The position numbers were made by a program, and so were the translations under genes. From IMG/VR virus record IMGVR_UViG_3300017938_000005: 64,000 nt of DNA; one strand, 5' to 3'. The DNA comes from a virus (taxonomy: Duplodnaviria; Heunggongvirae; Uroviricota; Caudoviricetes). The notes beneath the pieces are model-generated. The model had not been told where the DNA came from. It saw only the letters and a list, made by a program, of their open reading frames with translations, and made no database searches. Position 1 is the stretch's first letter, and each line of letters opens with the position of its first letter. Positions 34,020 through 43,329 of the stretch are shown here, one piece after another.

Positions 34020-34327
34020 GCCGCAGCCATGACGCCTACGAAGACGCGATGCAGAGCGTGCTTCACATCCTCCACGCGCACGGTCTGCTCGCGAGGGACG
34101 GCAGCTCCGACTCCGTCCGGATCGCCGTGAGCCGTCTTCGGGAGACGAACAGGCAGCTCAAAAAAGAAATCGACGACCATCCCTGCGATCAAACGGTTGT
34201 CCACGGCTTCGAGAACCGTGTCTTTCGTTGCACGAGGCGCGCCGGGCATAGCGGGGAGCACGAAGCGATCGTCTGCTGGGCAGACGCCATCATCGGAACG
34301 TCGATCGAAGAAAAGGAAAAAGCATGA
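34010..34327 (+). CDS. hypothetical protein
   Basis: balanced composition. Confidence 0.45.
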   Translation: MPVSRSHDAYEDAMQSVLHILHAHGLLARDGSSDSVRIAVSRLRETNRQLKKEIDDHPCDQTVVHGFENRVFRCTRRAGHSGEHEAIVCWADAIIGTSIEEKEKA

Positions 34328-34602
34328 CGACGACGGCGACGACGACGACGGCGACAACGACAACGCCAATGACCGAAGAGCGGCTCGCCCGCATCGCCGC
34401 GCGCCGCGCGCATCGCCACACGGTCCTTTGCTACGGGTCCTACGAGCCGTGCGGCGAGCATCACGTCCACACGGGACCGCCGAGCGACCCGCCGGAGCGA
34501 TGGTGCGGCGGCAGGAACCTCGACTGCGATCTCCGCTACGATGAGGACATCGCCGACCTCGTCCAAGAGATCCGGCGCCTCCAGAAAGAAGCGAGACCAT
34601 GA
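34324..34602 (+). CDS. hypothetical protein with Thr/Ala-rich N-terminus
   Basis: MTTTATTTTATTTTPMTEE... Confidence 0.45.
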   Translation: MTTTATTTTATTTTPMTEERLARIAARRAHRHTVLCYGSYEPCGEHHVHTGPPSDPPERWCGGRNLDCDLRYDEDIADLVQEIRRLQKEARP

Positions 34603-34820
34603 TCAAGGGCGACGTTCCGGGCGGCAACATGACTTCGGCCGAGGACATCTCCGTCGGGCGGTCGCGCGACGGGACGCTCCTCCTCACGTGGATCGAGACC
34701 CAGTCTGCGACGATCCCGGGCGGCATGCCGTTCCGGATGCGCCATAGCGTCAAGCTCGACGTGAACGACGCCCTTTGGCTCAAGGACGAACTCGCGCGAA
34801 CGCTGCGAGAGATGTCGTGA
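34599..34820 (+). CDS. hypothetical small protein
   Basis: balanced composition. Confidence 0.45.
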   Translation: MIKGDVPGGNMTSAEDISVGRSRDGTLLLTWIETQSATIPGGMPFRMRHSVKLDVNDALWLKDELARTLREMS

Positions 34821-35086
34821 GCGGCCGCTTTTCGCACTCGGAACTCCAACGTCGCGCGAAAGAGTTGACCGGGATCTGTTTGATGTGCGTCCGTGAGCGC
34901 CACGGTCCACCGCGCGAAGCACTGACACGCATGGAAGACGAAGCTCCCGAATACTACGAAGAGATGCGTGAAGAGATGACCAACGACATCGTCGAAGCGT
35001 TCGAAGCTCTCCTCGAAGGCAGGAATTGGCGTCCCGAGGAGCAGCGCGAAGTCCCCTTGTTTCATGGGTCGGCGCGGCGAAAATGA
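34817..35086 (+). CDS. hypothetical protein (GTG start overlapping upstream stop)
   Basis: VSGRFSHSELQRRAKELTGICLMC... Confidence 0.4.
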   Translation: MSGRFSHSELQRRAKELTGICLMCVRERHGPPREALTRMEDEAPEYYEEMREEMTNDIVEAFEALLEGRNWRPEEQREVPLFHGSARRK

Positions 35087-35259
35087 GCGTGAAGTCCAAA
35101 CCTGAATCCGAGCACGCCGAATGGGCACATTTTCATTCGTACTGGGGATGGATCTGCCGCGAGTGTGAAGCTGCTGAAGGATGGGCGAAGCTCGACGGCC
35201 GCGACCATGGACGCGGGTGCTTGAAACAGCCCATCGTTTTTGGCAAGACCAAGAAATGA
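35083..35259 (+). CDS. hypothetical small Trp/Cys-rich protein
   Basis: MSVKSKPESEHAEWAHFHSYWGWICRECE... Confidence 0.35.
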   Translation: MSVKSKPESEHAEWAHFHSYWGWICRECEAAEGWAKLDGRDHGRGCLKQPIVFGKTKK

Positions 35260-35483
35260 AACCTTGCTGGCGCGACCACGGTCTGACGGAGGAAGGCGCG
35301 CGCATCGCGGACATGCTCGTGGACGACCTCGTCGCGATCTTCAAGAAGTGCCCGCCCGAGATGGAGAAGAGCCTCATCGTCGAGGCCCGCTTCCGCGCGC
35401 GGGAGCTTCCGAAGAAAACCTTCGACTGGCGAGAGCGCTACGAAAAAGACAACGGCATGGGAAGCTGGCGACAAAAGCGATGA
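35256..35483 (+). CDS. hypothetical small protein
   Basis: MKPCWRDHGLTEEGARIADMLVDDL... Confidence 0.4.
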   Translation: MKPCWRDHGLTEEGARIADMLVDDLVAIFKKCPPEMEKSLIVEARFRARELPKKTFDWRERYEKDNGMGSWRQKR

Positions 35484-35752
35484 GCCGGCACGCCTTCGAC
35501 CCCGAGTGCCCCGACTGCCGGCCCATCCTGCTCGACCCTCAGACGGGAAAGATTCTGGAGGAAAGCGATCCCGTGATGCAGGCCGTCATCGCCGTGTGGC
35601 GTGCCTCTCCTCGCGCGGACCAGGAAGCCTTCCACGCGTTCACCGTGAAGAACTCCCGCGAGCCCGGTGTTCTCGAACGCATGATGGCGCTCTCGAAACG
35701 CATGGAGCAAGCCGTGAGCGCGGCTCCGAAAACCCCGAAAGCCTCGTCCTAG
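35480..35752 (+). CDS. hypothetical small protein
   Basis: MSRHAFDPECPDCRPILLDPQTGK... Confidence 0.4.
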   Translation: MSRHAFDPECPDCRPILLDPQTGKILEESDPVMQAVIAVWRASPRADQEAFHAFTVKNSREPGVLERMMALSKRMEQAVSAAPKTPKASS

Positions 35753-35753
35753 A

Positions 35754-36143
35754 TCAGAGAATCTTCTCGGGGTACTCGATTGAGTCGCCGATGCGGACAC
35801 CGATCTCGTGTGTCGTCGTATTGGACCCTTCGTCATGGACGGACTTGATGTACGGGTAGACGTCGTCGGTACCCGCGTTTCGAAGCTCCGCGATGCGCCA
35901 GCAGGCGAAGCTCTTGCCGTCGCCCCCAGTCGCGATGATCGCTGGGATGTCCTTCCACGACTCCGAGCGCACCTTTTTCAAGGGGCTCACGCTGGCGAAG
36001 TCGTACATCGCAGGCGTTGCAGGATTCTCGATGAGGTAGTTCCAGTTGCAGACGACGAGAGCCTCGAGCGCCGCTCGGAGGACGATCGCTTTCCGCGTCG
36101 CGGGGAGCCTGCGAAAGCCGACCAAATCAAATTCGATTTTCAT
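35754..36143 (-). CDS. hypothetical protein (possible Cys-His hydrolase)
   Basis: GKSFACWRIAEL ... SVHDEG. Confidence 0.4.
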   Translation of the reverse strand: MKIEFDLVGFRRLPATRKAIVLRAALEALVVCNWNYLIENPATPAMYDFASVSPLKKVRSESWKDIPAIIATGGDGKSFACWRIAELRNAGTDDVYPYIKSVHDEGSNTTTHEIGVRIGDSIEYPEKIL

Positions 36144-36158
36144 GATCTCACCTTCATT

Positions 36159-36452
36159 TCATCGGTAGTGGTTTCGAACAATGCGATCCAGCTCCTCGGC
36201 GCTCATGCCGCGGATGTCGACCCAGAGCGAGAGCCCTCCTTCATCATGGATCGCTTGCGCGGTAAACGTGAGCTTGTGCGGGCCGCTCCTCGAATGACGA
36301 CTCCCGAAGAGGAGGTACGGATACTTCAAGACGCTCCCGCGGTTGTACGTCACGGCTTCGTAGCCGTCCGAGACGCCGGTCTGCGGGAACTTGCGCGGCA
36401 TCTCTTCGAGGAGCCTCGCCTGCGCCATCGCGTACGTCTCCTTCTTCCCCAC
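36159..36452 (-). CDS. hypothetical protein
   Basis: balanced composition. Confidence 0.45.
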   Translation of the reverse strand: MGKKETYAMAQARLLEEMPRKFPQTGVSDGYEAVTYNRGSVLKYPYLLFGSRHSRSGPHKLTFTAQAIHDEGGLSLWVDIRGMSAEELDRIVRNHYR

Positions 36453-36455
36453 GGC

Positions 36456-36713
36456 TCACTCCTCGAGCAGCGCGAACCGCGTGCGGCTTCCGCCGAGGTT
36501 CGAGTTGCACGCGTCGCACTTGCGCCACGTGAAGTCCCGGATGCCCTCGCCCGTGTCCGAGTCGAAGTTCGGCACGAGGTTCGGGCCGAGCGCGTTCACG
36601 CCCTTGACCACCTCTCGCTCGCGCTTGTCGCCCTCGATGCCGGACGTGTCGCCGTTCGCCGCGTAGATCGTGCAGTCGTCGCAGAGCCACAAATCGTCGT
36701 CGATGACCTTCAT
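36456..36713 (-). CDS. small Cys-containing protein (MKVIDDDLWLCDDCTIYAANG...)
   Basis: internal Met. Confidence 0.4.
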   Translation of the reverse strand: MKVIDDDLWLCDDCTIYAANGDTSGIEGDKREREVVKGVNALGPNLVPNFDSDTGEGIRDFTWRKCDACNSNLGGSRTRFALLEE

Positions 36714-37105
36714 TTCGATGCCCCTTCCACGAGCATTCCAAGCGCGCCCCAGAGGACGGCATGCTTCAAGTCGATGCATCCCGTGAGCGGCTTCTTGCAG
36801 CCGTGCTTCGAATAGTCCCACGAGCACGCGCCGAGCGCGTCGCGATCGAACCAGCACCCGGCGAGTTCGATCCCGGAGAGCGCCGCGGCGTAGATCGCCG
36901 CGCGCCCGAAGAAGCCCACGACACGGATGTGCGGCGCGATGGCTTGCACCGCGAGGCCGCCGGCCGCGTAGACCGGGAGCACGGGCACCGCGATGCCGCC
37001 GAAGAGCGCCGAGTACCGCGGTCCGAAGAGCGTGTTCTCGACGATGAAGCCACCAACACCAAAAGCGGTGGCGCGAACGGCGAGGCTCGAGGACGTGGAC
37101 TTCAT
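36710..37105 (-). CDS. hypothetical membrane protein
   Basis: Gly/Ala-rich hydrophobic segments. Confidence 0.45.
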   Translation of the reverse strand: MKSTSSSLAVRATAFGVGGFIVENTLFGPRYSALFGGIAVPVLPVYAAGGLAVQAIAPHIRVVGFFGRAAIYAAALSGIELAGCWFDRDALGACSWDYSKHGCKKPLTGCIDLKHAVLWGALGMLVEGASK

Positions 37106-37115
37106 CGCGAAGGGC

Positions 37116-37322
37116 TCAGCGGACCGGGTGCTTGACGGCCACGCCGTCCGAGATCACGGGCGACGCTTTCGGCGCGGGAGGACTCGCGATTCGCGCGTGC
37201 GGACGCGGCGCGGCCGTCTTCACGCCGCGTCCAGGTTCGAGGGGAAGCAGCTCGGGAGCTGTTTGACCCTTCGCGAGCTGAAGGGTGATGCCGCCGTTGT
37301 AGAGCGGTCCGACGAACTGCAT
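37116..37322 (-). CDS. hypothetical small protein (MQFVGPLYNGGITLQLAKGQ...)
   Basis: protein-like C-terminal part of an Arg-rich ORF. Confidence 0.3.
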   Translation of the reverse strand: MQFVGPLYNGGITLQLAKGQTAPELLPLEPGRGVKTAAPRPHARIASPPAPKASPVISDGVAVKHPVR

Positions 37323-37359
37323 GATGGGTACCTCTTGCCTTTCTATGAGGAGCGTCCTT

Positions 37360-37815
37360 TTACGGACTGCGGTGAGCTTCGAGAAAGGATACCGCCTCCT
37401 CCACGCTCCGTACAGTCGCGGTGGGGATCCCCCAGTAATCGGCCAGCTGCCTCCAAGCCTTCTGCGCTGCCCGCTCCTTGTCGCCGTCCGCGCGCTTGCA
37501 TTCGAGGCCGAAGAAGCGACCCCTGCGATCGGGAAAGATGCCGAGGATGTCCGGGCACCCCGTACCGAGCGCCGGCAAGAAGGGTGGCCACCCGCGCGCC
37601 GCGCGTTCCTCGCGCGCCTCCTCCGAGACGTCATAGATCGCGACGCGACCCGACCACGTCTTGCATCCGAGCTTCTCGAGCACCGTCCGGATGCGATCGA
37701 CGAGATCCTTTTCGAGCGGCACCACAAGCTCGCGCGGCATCTCGCTCTCCGCGAACATCCGGAGCTGCTCCATCTTTCGCTTCGGCTGCTTCAGGCGCTT
37801 GAGCGAAATTTTCAT
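37360..37815 (-). CDS. VRR-NUC domain nuclease
   Basis: GCPDILGIFPDRRGRFFGLECKRADGDKERAAQKAWRQL. Confidence 0.6.
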   Translation of the reverse strand: MKISLKRLKQPKRKMEQLRMFAESEMPRELVVPLEKDLVDRIRTVLEKLGCKTWSGRVAIYDVSEEAREERAARGWPPFLPALGTGCPDILGIFPDRRGRFFGLECKRADGDKERAAQKAWRQLADYWGIPTATVRSVEEAVSFLEAHRSP

Positions 37816-38360
37816 TCGCGCGTCTTCACGCGCAGGTTCACGCACGCGCGCTGGAGGAGCATCGTTTCTCGCTTCGTGCGGTAGGGGTCGAGGAGGATCA
37901 ATTCCGCCTCATGAAGGACCTTTTTGTTGTCAGTGCTGAACTCGCCATACGCCCAGAGATCCCGCGGACCGAGCGCGTCAATTTCTTCTTCCGCGATGAC
38001 TTCGTCCTCGGGACCGCCCTTGGTCAAACGCAAGCCCACGTACGTACCGCTCCTGAAGAACTTCACGTAGGCATAGACGCGACTTGTCTGCGCCTCGCTC
38101 ACCCAGGCCCGGAGCTTCCTCGTCTTCTGCGAGGGAAGCGACTCGATCGCGTCGACGATGGCATCGCCCAAGTCGCGACCCTCCTCCATCGACCGCAAGA
38201 CTTCTCTCGAAGCTTCGTCCCGTGCATCTTCGAGGCGTGCAAGCATGAACGCCGAGAACGCGCTCGCCGGATCGCCTTCATCGAGGAGACATGCGGGCTC
38301 GTCGATCGGCTCGGGGTCAACGAAGAAGTCCTTGTCGATCCGAACGAGCTTGCGCGTCAT
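37812..38360 (-). CDS. paralogous family member 2 (AIESLP motif)
   Basis: DAIVDAIESLPSQKTRKLRAWVSE. Confidence 0.55.
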   Translation of the reverse strand: MTRKLVRIDKDFFVDPEPIDEPACLLDEGDPASAFSAFMLARLEDARDEASREVLRSMEEGRDLGDAIVDAIESLPSQKTRKLRAWVSEAQTSRVYAYVKFFRSGTYVGLRLTKGGPEDEVIAEEEIDALGPRDLWAYGEFSTDNKKVLHEAELILLDPYRTKRETMLLQRACVNLRVKTRE

Positions 38361-38374
38361 CGACCTTCTCCTCC

Positions 38375-38860
38375 TCAGAGAATCTTTCCGACGTAGTACA
38401 CCGCCGCGATGGCTTGCGGCCCGATGTGGGGCTTCTGGTAGCTCGCCGAGTCTCGACTCGTCGCAGCCGCGATCAATTCTTCGTCGGGGAAGAGGTCGCG
38501 CTCTTTCGCCTTGTCGCCTTTCGTCTCTTCAACCTTGAGCCACCAATCTTCTTCGATGTCGTCGGGCACGACGACTGCGACGTGACTCTCGTCCCACTTC
38601 TGGAGGCGCCAACCTTTCTGCTCCCAGTCTTCTTTCCACTCGCACCACGGTTCGAACAGCTCGACGAGGCGCCGGAGGCGCGTGGTCTTCCGTGTCGGGA
38701 GCGATTCGATCGCGAGCGCGACCGCGTTCGCCAGGGAAGGATGTCCTTCCCTCTCGAGGTCGCGAGCGAGCTTGTAGATCTCTTCCGATGCTTCGGTGTG
38801 GGTCGAGTACATCCACTCGCGGATGTACTCTTCGAAGCTCAGCGCGTCCCGGCATGCCAT
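38375..38860 (-). CDS. paralogous family member 3 (AIESLP motif), tandem with member 2
   Basis: NAVALAIESLPTRKTTRLRRLVELFEPWCEWKEDWE. Confidence 0.55.
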   Translation of the reverse strand: MACRDALSFEEYIREWMYSTHTEASEEIYKLARDLEREGHPSLANAVALAIESLPTRKTTRLRRLVELFEPWCEWKEDWEQKGWRLQKWDESHVAVVVPDDIEEDWWLKVEETKGDKAKERDLFPDEELIAAATSRDSASYQKPHIGPQAIAAVYYVGKIL

Positions 38861-38866
38861 GGTGAG

Positions 38867-39079
38867 TTACCGATCGAATTTGCCGTCGAGCATCTTCGTG
38901 ATCTGGAGGAAGTACGCGGTCACCTGCTCGGGCGTCTTGCCTTGGAGCGCAGCAGCCGTGATGTGCGCGAGGACTTGGAGGATGAGCGCGCGATCGCCGG
39001 GCGCAACCTTCCCGAGATGGTCGAGCGTCGAGACGACGGCGTGCTCGAGGGCTTCGGGACCGAGGTCGGCCTTCTTCAC
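38867..39079 (-). CDS. hypothetical small protein (GTG start)
   Basis: VKKADLGPEALEHAVVSTLDHLGK... Confidence 0.35.
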   Translation of the reverse strand: MKKADLGPEALEHAVVSTLDHLGKVAPGDRALILQVLAHITAAALQGKTPEQVTAYFLQITKMLDGKFDR

Positions 39080-39408
39080 GGTTCGGCTTTGGAGAAGAGG
39101 GAGAATTCGATGCCCGGGGGAAACTCGAGGATCGGCTTTCCCTTCGCCCGGCGCGCTTTGTTGATCTCGCCGACGCCGAGAAAGAGCCCACCCGCGATCC
39201 AGCCCGTTCCGGGTGCGTAGCGGTTGGCCCCGTAGAGCACGAGCCCGATCCCCGCGAAGAACGAGAGGGCTTGAAGATCGTTTCGGTGCACGACCGGGCC
39301 GCCCATTTTCCTTTCGCGATCCATCTGGATGGCGCTGAGGAGCATGAGTCCCATGCCTCCAGCGAAAAATTGCGCTCCGGTTTTCTCTTCCGACGTCATC
39401 GTCCACAT
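39076..39408 (-). CDS. hypothetical membrane protein
   Basis: GAQFFAGGMGLMLLSAI and FFAGIGLVLYGA segments. Confidence 0.5.
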   Translation of the reverse strand: MWTMTSEEKTGAQFFAGGMGLMLLSAIQMDRERKMGGPVVHRNDLQALSFFAGIGLVLYGANRYAPGTGWIAGGLFLGVGEINKARRAKGKPILEFPPGIEFSLFSKAEP

Positions 39409-39417
39409 GTTCGCCTC

Positions 39418-39696
39418 TTACAACTCGTCGACCAAGTACCGCGCGTCCTCCACGTCGAGCCAATCCCCGAAGCCGTGCTCGTCCTCGTACTTCATCTTGC
39501 CACCGATGACGCCGGTCACGATTCCCGTGTCCACGGCTGTCCACGTGGACTTCGGGCCGGGGAAACGCACGTTGTGGGGACGCTTCGGCGCGCGGCCGAG
39601 CGCCGACGTCTTGATCTTGCACCATACGACGACGCCCGTTCGTCGAAGCGCTCGTTCGAGTTCCGCTGGCGTCATGGACACGTACGACCTCGCCAT
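39418..39696 (-). CDS. hypothetical protein
   Basis: balanced composition. Confidence 0.45.
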   Translation of the reverse strand: MARSYVSMTPAELERALRRTGVVVWCKIKTSALGRAPKRPHNVRFPGPKSTWTAVDTGIVTGVIGGKMKYEDEHGFGDWLDVEDARYLVDEL

Positions 39697-39703
39697 CGCG
39701 CCC

Positions 39704-40117
39704 TCACTTCTTCGCCGGCGCGGGCGTCGGCACCTTCGCCGGGTCGTAACCGAGGACCTCTTCGAGCGTCGCTTGTTTCTCGACCGGCGGTGCCTGCTGG
39801 ACGATCTCGGTCTGCGCAGGCTGGTGGAGCGGTCCCACCATCTGGTGGATGCCGCCCGCGGGCCTCGGCTGCCGCGGGTCGTGGGCCGCGGGAAGCGGCG
39901 CCTCGATGCGGAGGTGCCCGTAGACGGGCTGGTAGGCCGGCCCGACGATCTTCGCGGTGTTCGGCGCGCGCCTCACCGTGGGCGCGAGGAGCGAGGGCCG
40001 GAGGCGCCGGGCTTCTTCCATCGAGGCGAGGTGCTGCGTGGGTTTGCCCTCCGCATCGACATGGCCCTCGCCCAGCGCGCACTGCACGCCCATATGCCTA
40101 AAGTTACACCTCGCCAT
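39704..40117 (-). CDS. hypothetical Pro-rich protein
   Basis: moderate composition. Confidence 0.35.
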   Translation of the reverse strand: MARCNFRHMGVQCALGEGHVDAEGKPTQHLASMEEARRLRPSLLAPTVRRAPNTAKIVGPAYQPVYGHLRIEAPLPAAHDPRQPRPAGGIHQMVGPLHQPAQTEIVQQAPPVEKQATLEEVLGYDPAKVPTPAPAKK

Positions 40118-40132
40118 CGACTGCCTCTCCTT

Positions 40133-40429
40133 CTACTTCCGGCGAACCACCCAGCCTTGGTCGTCCATCTCGAGTTCGTCACCGTCGATCTCTTTGTCGT
40201 CGACTGCGAAGGAGAGCGAGGAGCGCGCCACTTCGTCGTACATCTCGGAAGAATCGACGGCGATGCCGGACCCGTGGATGATGGGGGCGCTGACGTATCC
40301 CGTCGCGCGATCTCCGCCGTCCGTCGTCACCGTGTACCGGTAGCTCTGGCGACCCGGCTTTCTCCGCGCGAAGACGTCGTCGAGTTCGACGTGGATGGTC
40401 GCGTTGCCGCTGTATCTCTTCGCGCCCAC
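40133..40429 (-). CDS. hypothetical acidic protein
   Basis: balanced composition. Confidence 0.45.
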   Translation of the reverse strand: MGAKRYSGNATIHVELDDVFARRKPGRQSYRYTVTTDGGDRATGYVSAPIIHGSGIAVDSSEMYDEVARSSLSFAVDDKEIDGDELEMDDQGWVVRRK

Positions 40430-40432
40430 GGG

Positions 40433-40678
40433 TTACCTCGTCCTTTTGTGATGCGCCTTGCGCTTGGCAGCGCGCCGCTTCGCCGCGGCGAGCTGGTGGC
40501 GCGATGCGGTCGTGTGAACGACGCTCCCCTCGCGACGCGAGAACGCGCCCGGCATCTTGTCCAGCTCGTGGCGGAGCGCATGCGCCTTCTCGGGTGACGC
40601 GGTCCTCGCCGTGAGACTGCCGCGCCGCAAACCCTTGCCCCGCGTCCGTCTCTTCGTGGTTCTCGTTCGGATGGCCAT
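40433..40678 (-). CDS. small highly basic protein
   Basis: Arg/Lys-rich 81 aa; could be a real basic protein or an artefact. Confidence 0.3.
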   Translation of the reverse strand: MAIRTRTTKRRTRGKGLRRGSLTARTASPEKAHALRHELDKMPGAFSRREGSVVHTTASRHQLAAAKRRAAKRKAHHKRTR

Positions 40679-40681
40679 GGG

Positions 40682-41014
40682 TTATCCCTCCGCGACTTCC
40701 GCAGCTTTGGCGGCGATGCTTCGGAGCGCTTCTGCATCCTTGCGAAGCTCGATGCGCTCACTCCCTCGTGCCTTCTTCGCGAGAGCGTCGGCTTCTTTGG
40801 CGGCATGTTCGGCTTCGTACTCGAGCTTGCCCGCGAGGTACCCCATCCACTCCTCGTCGGTCATGGGCTCGTCGTCATCGTTGCGAGGCCGCTGCGTCCC
40901 GCGGCTCAAGGCTCCCGTCGACGTGATCGCGTAGAGCATCGAGCCCTGGCCACCGTACCAGTGGGAAGCGGCCTCGATTTCCTCGTCGTCGAAAAGAATG
41001 GCGTCGTCTTTCAT
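40682..41014 (-). CDS. hypothetical acidic protein
   Basis: balanced composition. Confidence 0.45.
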   Translation of the reverse strand: MKDDAILFDDEEIEAASHWYGGQGSMLYAITSTGALSRGTQRPRNDDDEPMTDEEWMGYLAGKLEYEAEHAAKEADALAKKARGSERIELRKDAEALRSIAAKAAEVAEG

Positions 41015-41021
41015 GAATGCA

Positions 41022-41333
41022 TCATCCGCGTGAGGGGTACCAGACGCCGCGATCTTCGAGATCCGAGATCGCTTCGCTCAGCTCGCGGGCGCTCGCGAGA
41101 TCGCCGAGCGCGAACGCATGCACCCCGCTCCAGCGGATGTCGTCCAAGGCGTCGTTGACACTCTCGTAGCTGTCATCGTCGTACGCGCTCTTGGCTTCGT
41201 CCTTCATCAGCGACTCGATTTCCTTCTCGGCACGCTTCGCGGTGAGCGCGACGGCCTGCATCGAGGGATCCGAATCGCGCCACCAAGCGGCGCCCGAATA
41301 CACCGTGGTATTCTTCGTGACCTTCTTCGCCAT
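41022..41333 (-). CDS. hypothetical protein
   Basis: balanced composition. Confidence 0.45.
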   Translation of the reverse strand: MAKKVTKNTTVYSGAAWWRDSDPSMQAVALTAKRAEKEIESLMKDEAKSAYDDDSYESVNDALDDIRWSGVHAFALGDLASARELSEAISDLEDRGVWYPSRG

Positions 41334-41380
41334 GCCTGAAGCTTACATGGAGCGTCCAGGACGGTCTACTAGGGGCAGTC

Positions 41381-41596
41381 TTACTCGACCCAGACCGCGA
41401 CGGGGCGCTTCAGTTTCTTCGTGAGGGTTGCGAGGTCGCCGAAGAGCTTTTCAGCGGTGAACGTCTCGCCCCACGTGCCGAAGCGATTCTTGAGCACCCT
41501 GTAGCCGCCTTCGTCTCGCTTCAAGATGACGTCGGCGTCTTGCCTCGTCGACGGACCACCTTGAAGAACGTGCCCGGGTGCTTCGTGGATGCTCAT
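41381..41596 (-). CDS. hypothetical small protein
   Basis: balanced composition. Confidence 0.45.
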   Translation of the reverse strand: MSIHEAPGHVLQGGPSTRQDADVILKRDEGGYRVLKNRFGTWGETFTAEKLFGDLATLTKKLKRPVAVWVE

Positions 41597-41626
41597 TTCG
41601 TTCGAGCAAGGATACGGCCTCGCCCG

Positions 41627-42508
41627 TCAATCGGGCAAGCGGTACGCGAGGCGCATCTGGAAGTCTCGCGCGAGGATCCTGCTCGGCGCCTCCCAGGCGA
41701 AGAGGCCGCGGATCTGCGCGTCGAGCGCGTCGAGTGCGCTTCCATGCGAGGCCGGCTTGTCGAAGAACGACTGCTCGATCAGGTTCGTCGAAAGGGTCGA
41801 CGGCTCCTCCACATAGGTGAAGGGATGGTTCCTCAGGTACTGGACAGCGCGATCCATGCGCTGCGTGGCCTTGTCGTGCCTGCCGTCGCACGCCTCGCCC
41901 GTGTAGCCGCAGAGGCTCTTGAAGTTCCGCGTCGAGTACCGAACGATGTAGTACGCGAGCTGCGCCGCGAGACGATGGTCGCGGATGACGTCGGCGCCGC
42001 GGATGATCTCTCCTTCGTGCGCCGTCATCCAGTCGCGGTCGCCCGGGTTGAGCGAGTTTCGCAGGTACTGCGACTGCGTCAACTCGCCGTCCTTGACGAT
42101 GTACCCGTACATGTGGATCTGCCAGTTCGTGAACGCGATCCCGCCGTCGCATTCGTGCGGATGGTTCTTCTTCCACTCGGGCGTGTTGCAGTCGCCGTTC
42201 TCGACCCACTCGTGGTAGCCGCCCTCGAACGACGCGATCGACGCAAGGACGAGCGCGGTCTTCAAGCGCCCGTCGTCACCCTTGAAAATCGGCGCATTCG
42301 AATCGTCGTACGCGATCGAGACGATCTCGCGCGCGGTTTGTTCGTAACGGCGGCGAGCCTTGTCTTGATCCTCTTGCACGTAAAGGCCATGGTCGTCGTG
42401 GAGCCACTTGCCGTCGTGAGCGCGATCGTATTGGTTGCGAAGCGGGACCCACGAGGTCATCGCCGCGAGAATGTACGCCACGAGCTGGGACGAGAGTGAT
42501 GCCGTCAT
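41627..42508 (-). CDS. hypothetical 293-aa protein with hydrophobic N-terminus
   Basis: Trp/Tyr/His-rich globular-looking protein; no recognisable motif. Confidence 0.5.
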   Translation of the reverse strand: MTASLSSQLVAYILAAMTSWVPLRNQYDRAHDGKWLHDDHGLYVQEDQDKARRRYEQTAREIVSIAYDDSNAPIFKGDDGRLKTALVLASIASFEGGYHEWVENGDCNTPEWKKNHPHECDGGIAFTNWQIHMYGYIVKDGELTQSQYLRNSLNPGDRDWMTAHEGEIIRGADVIRDHRLAAQLAYYIVRYSTRNFKSLCGYTGEACDGRHDKATQRMDRAVQYLRNHPFTYVEEPSTLSTNLIEQSFFDKPASHGSALDALDAQIRGLFAWEAPSRILARDFQMRLAYRLPD

Positions 42509-42701
42509 CCGGACACCACGTACTTCACGAGCGCGTCATGGCGCAAGCGAGAACGACTTCGATAAGTGGCGCGAAAGCAAGCACCTTGCCAACGCCATGT
42601 TCGTTTGTGATGCCGGAACGTTGTACTGCATTCTGAAATCATCACACGCAAGATCGCGCGTAAGAAAATCGCTCCGCGCGCGTCGCGCGTGGACGAGATC
42701 G

Positions 42702-43001
42702 TCACTTCTTCGGCGACTCGGGCGGCGGCGGAATCGTCGACGGGACGAGCGGCGGCGCTTCGCGGATCGCAGCCATCATTCTCGACGAGATGCCCGCGAG
42801 CTTACCGCTCGCTTGCGCGACGGTGTCGTCGAGCGATCCGTAGTCGGTGTAGAGGATGATCGCGGCGCCCACGTGGACGAGGATCGACCAGTGCTCCTTC
42901 ACGGCCTCCGAGGGCCGGATGTGGATCTCGACGCCGGGCGCGATCGCGCGGACGCCGTCGCAGAACTTCCTGAAGCGTGCCCACTTGTCGTCAGCGCCCA
43001 T
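42702..43001 (-). CDS. hypothetical protein
   Basis: balanced composition. Confidence 0.4.
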   Translation of the reverse strand: MGADDKWARFRKFCDGVRAIAPGVEIHIRPSEAVKEHWSILVHVGAAIILYTDYGSLDDTVAQASGKLAGISSRMMAAIREAPPLVPSTIPPPPESPKK

Positions 43002-43329
43002 GTGCTTTCCTCTCCCTCACGCGATCCGCGACGCAGTTACCGCGTGCTCCGGTGACGCGCGCGGCGCTTCCTCTGGAGGTAGTGAGGACGAACACCGCGC
43101 TTGCCCACGGAACGCTTCGCACTCGAGAGTGCGATCGCGACGACTTGCTTTCTCTCCCTCGGCGTGAGCTTGCGCCCGAAACGCGCCTCGCGCGTGTGCG
43201 TCAGCTCGCGGATGTTCTCCGAGATCGTAGATCTCGAGTAGCCTTTCAAGAGGGGCATGTTATCGGCACCTCCGGTGACGATGACAGGCTGGGCCCCACG
43301 AAGGGAGTGAAGCGACCGACGAGGGCACG

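Noticed and set aside
39329-40597. 422-aa plus-strand ORF, and other long Arg-rich ORFs such as 35808..36815, 56145..57155, 19637..20392, 18800..19606
   Set aside because: Composition dominated by Arg/Ala/Pro/Gly, overlapping multiple better-supported short minus-strand genes.
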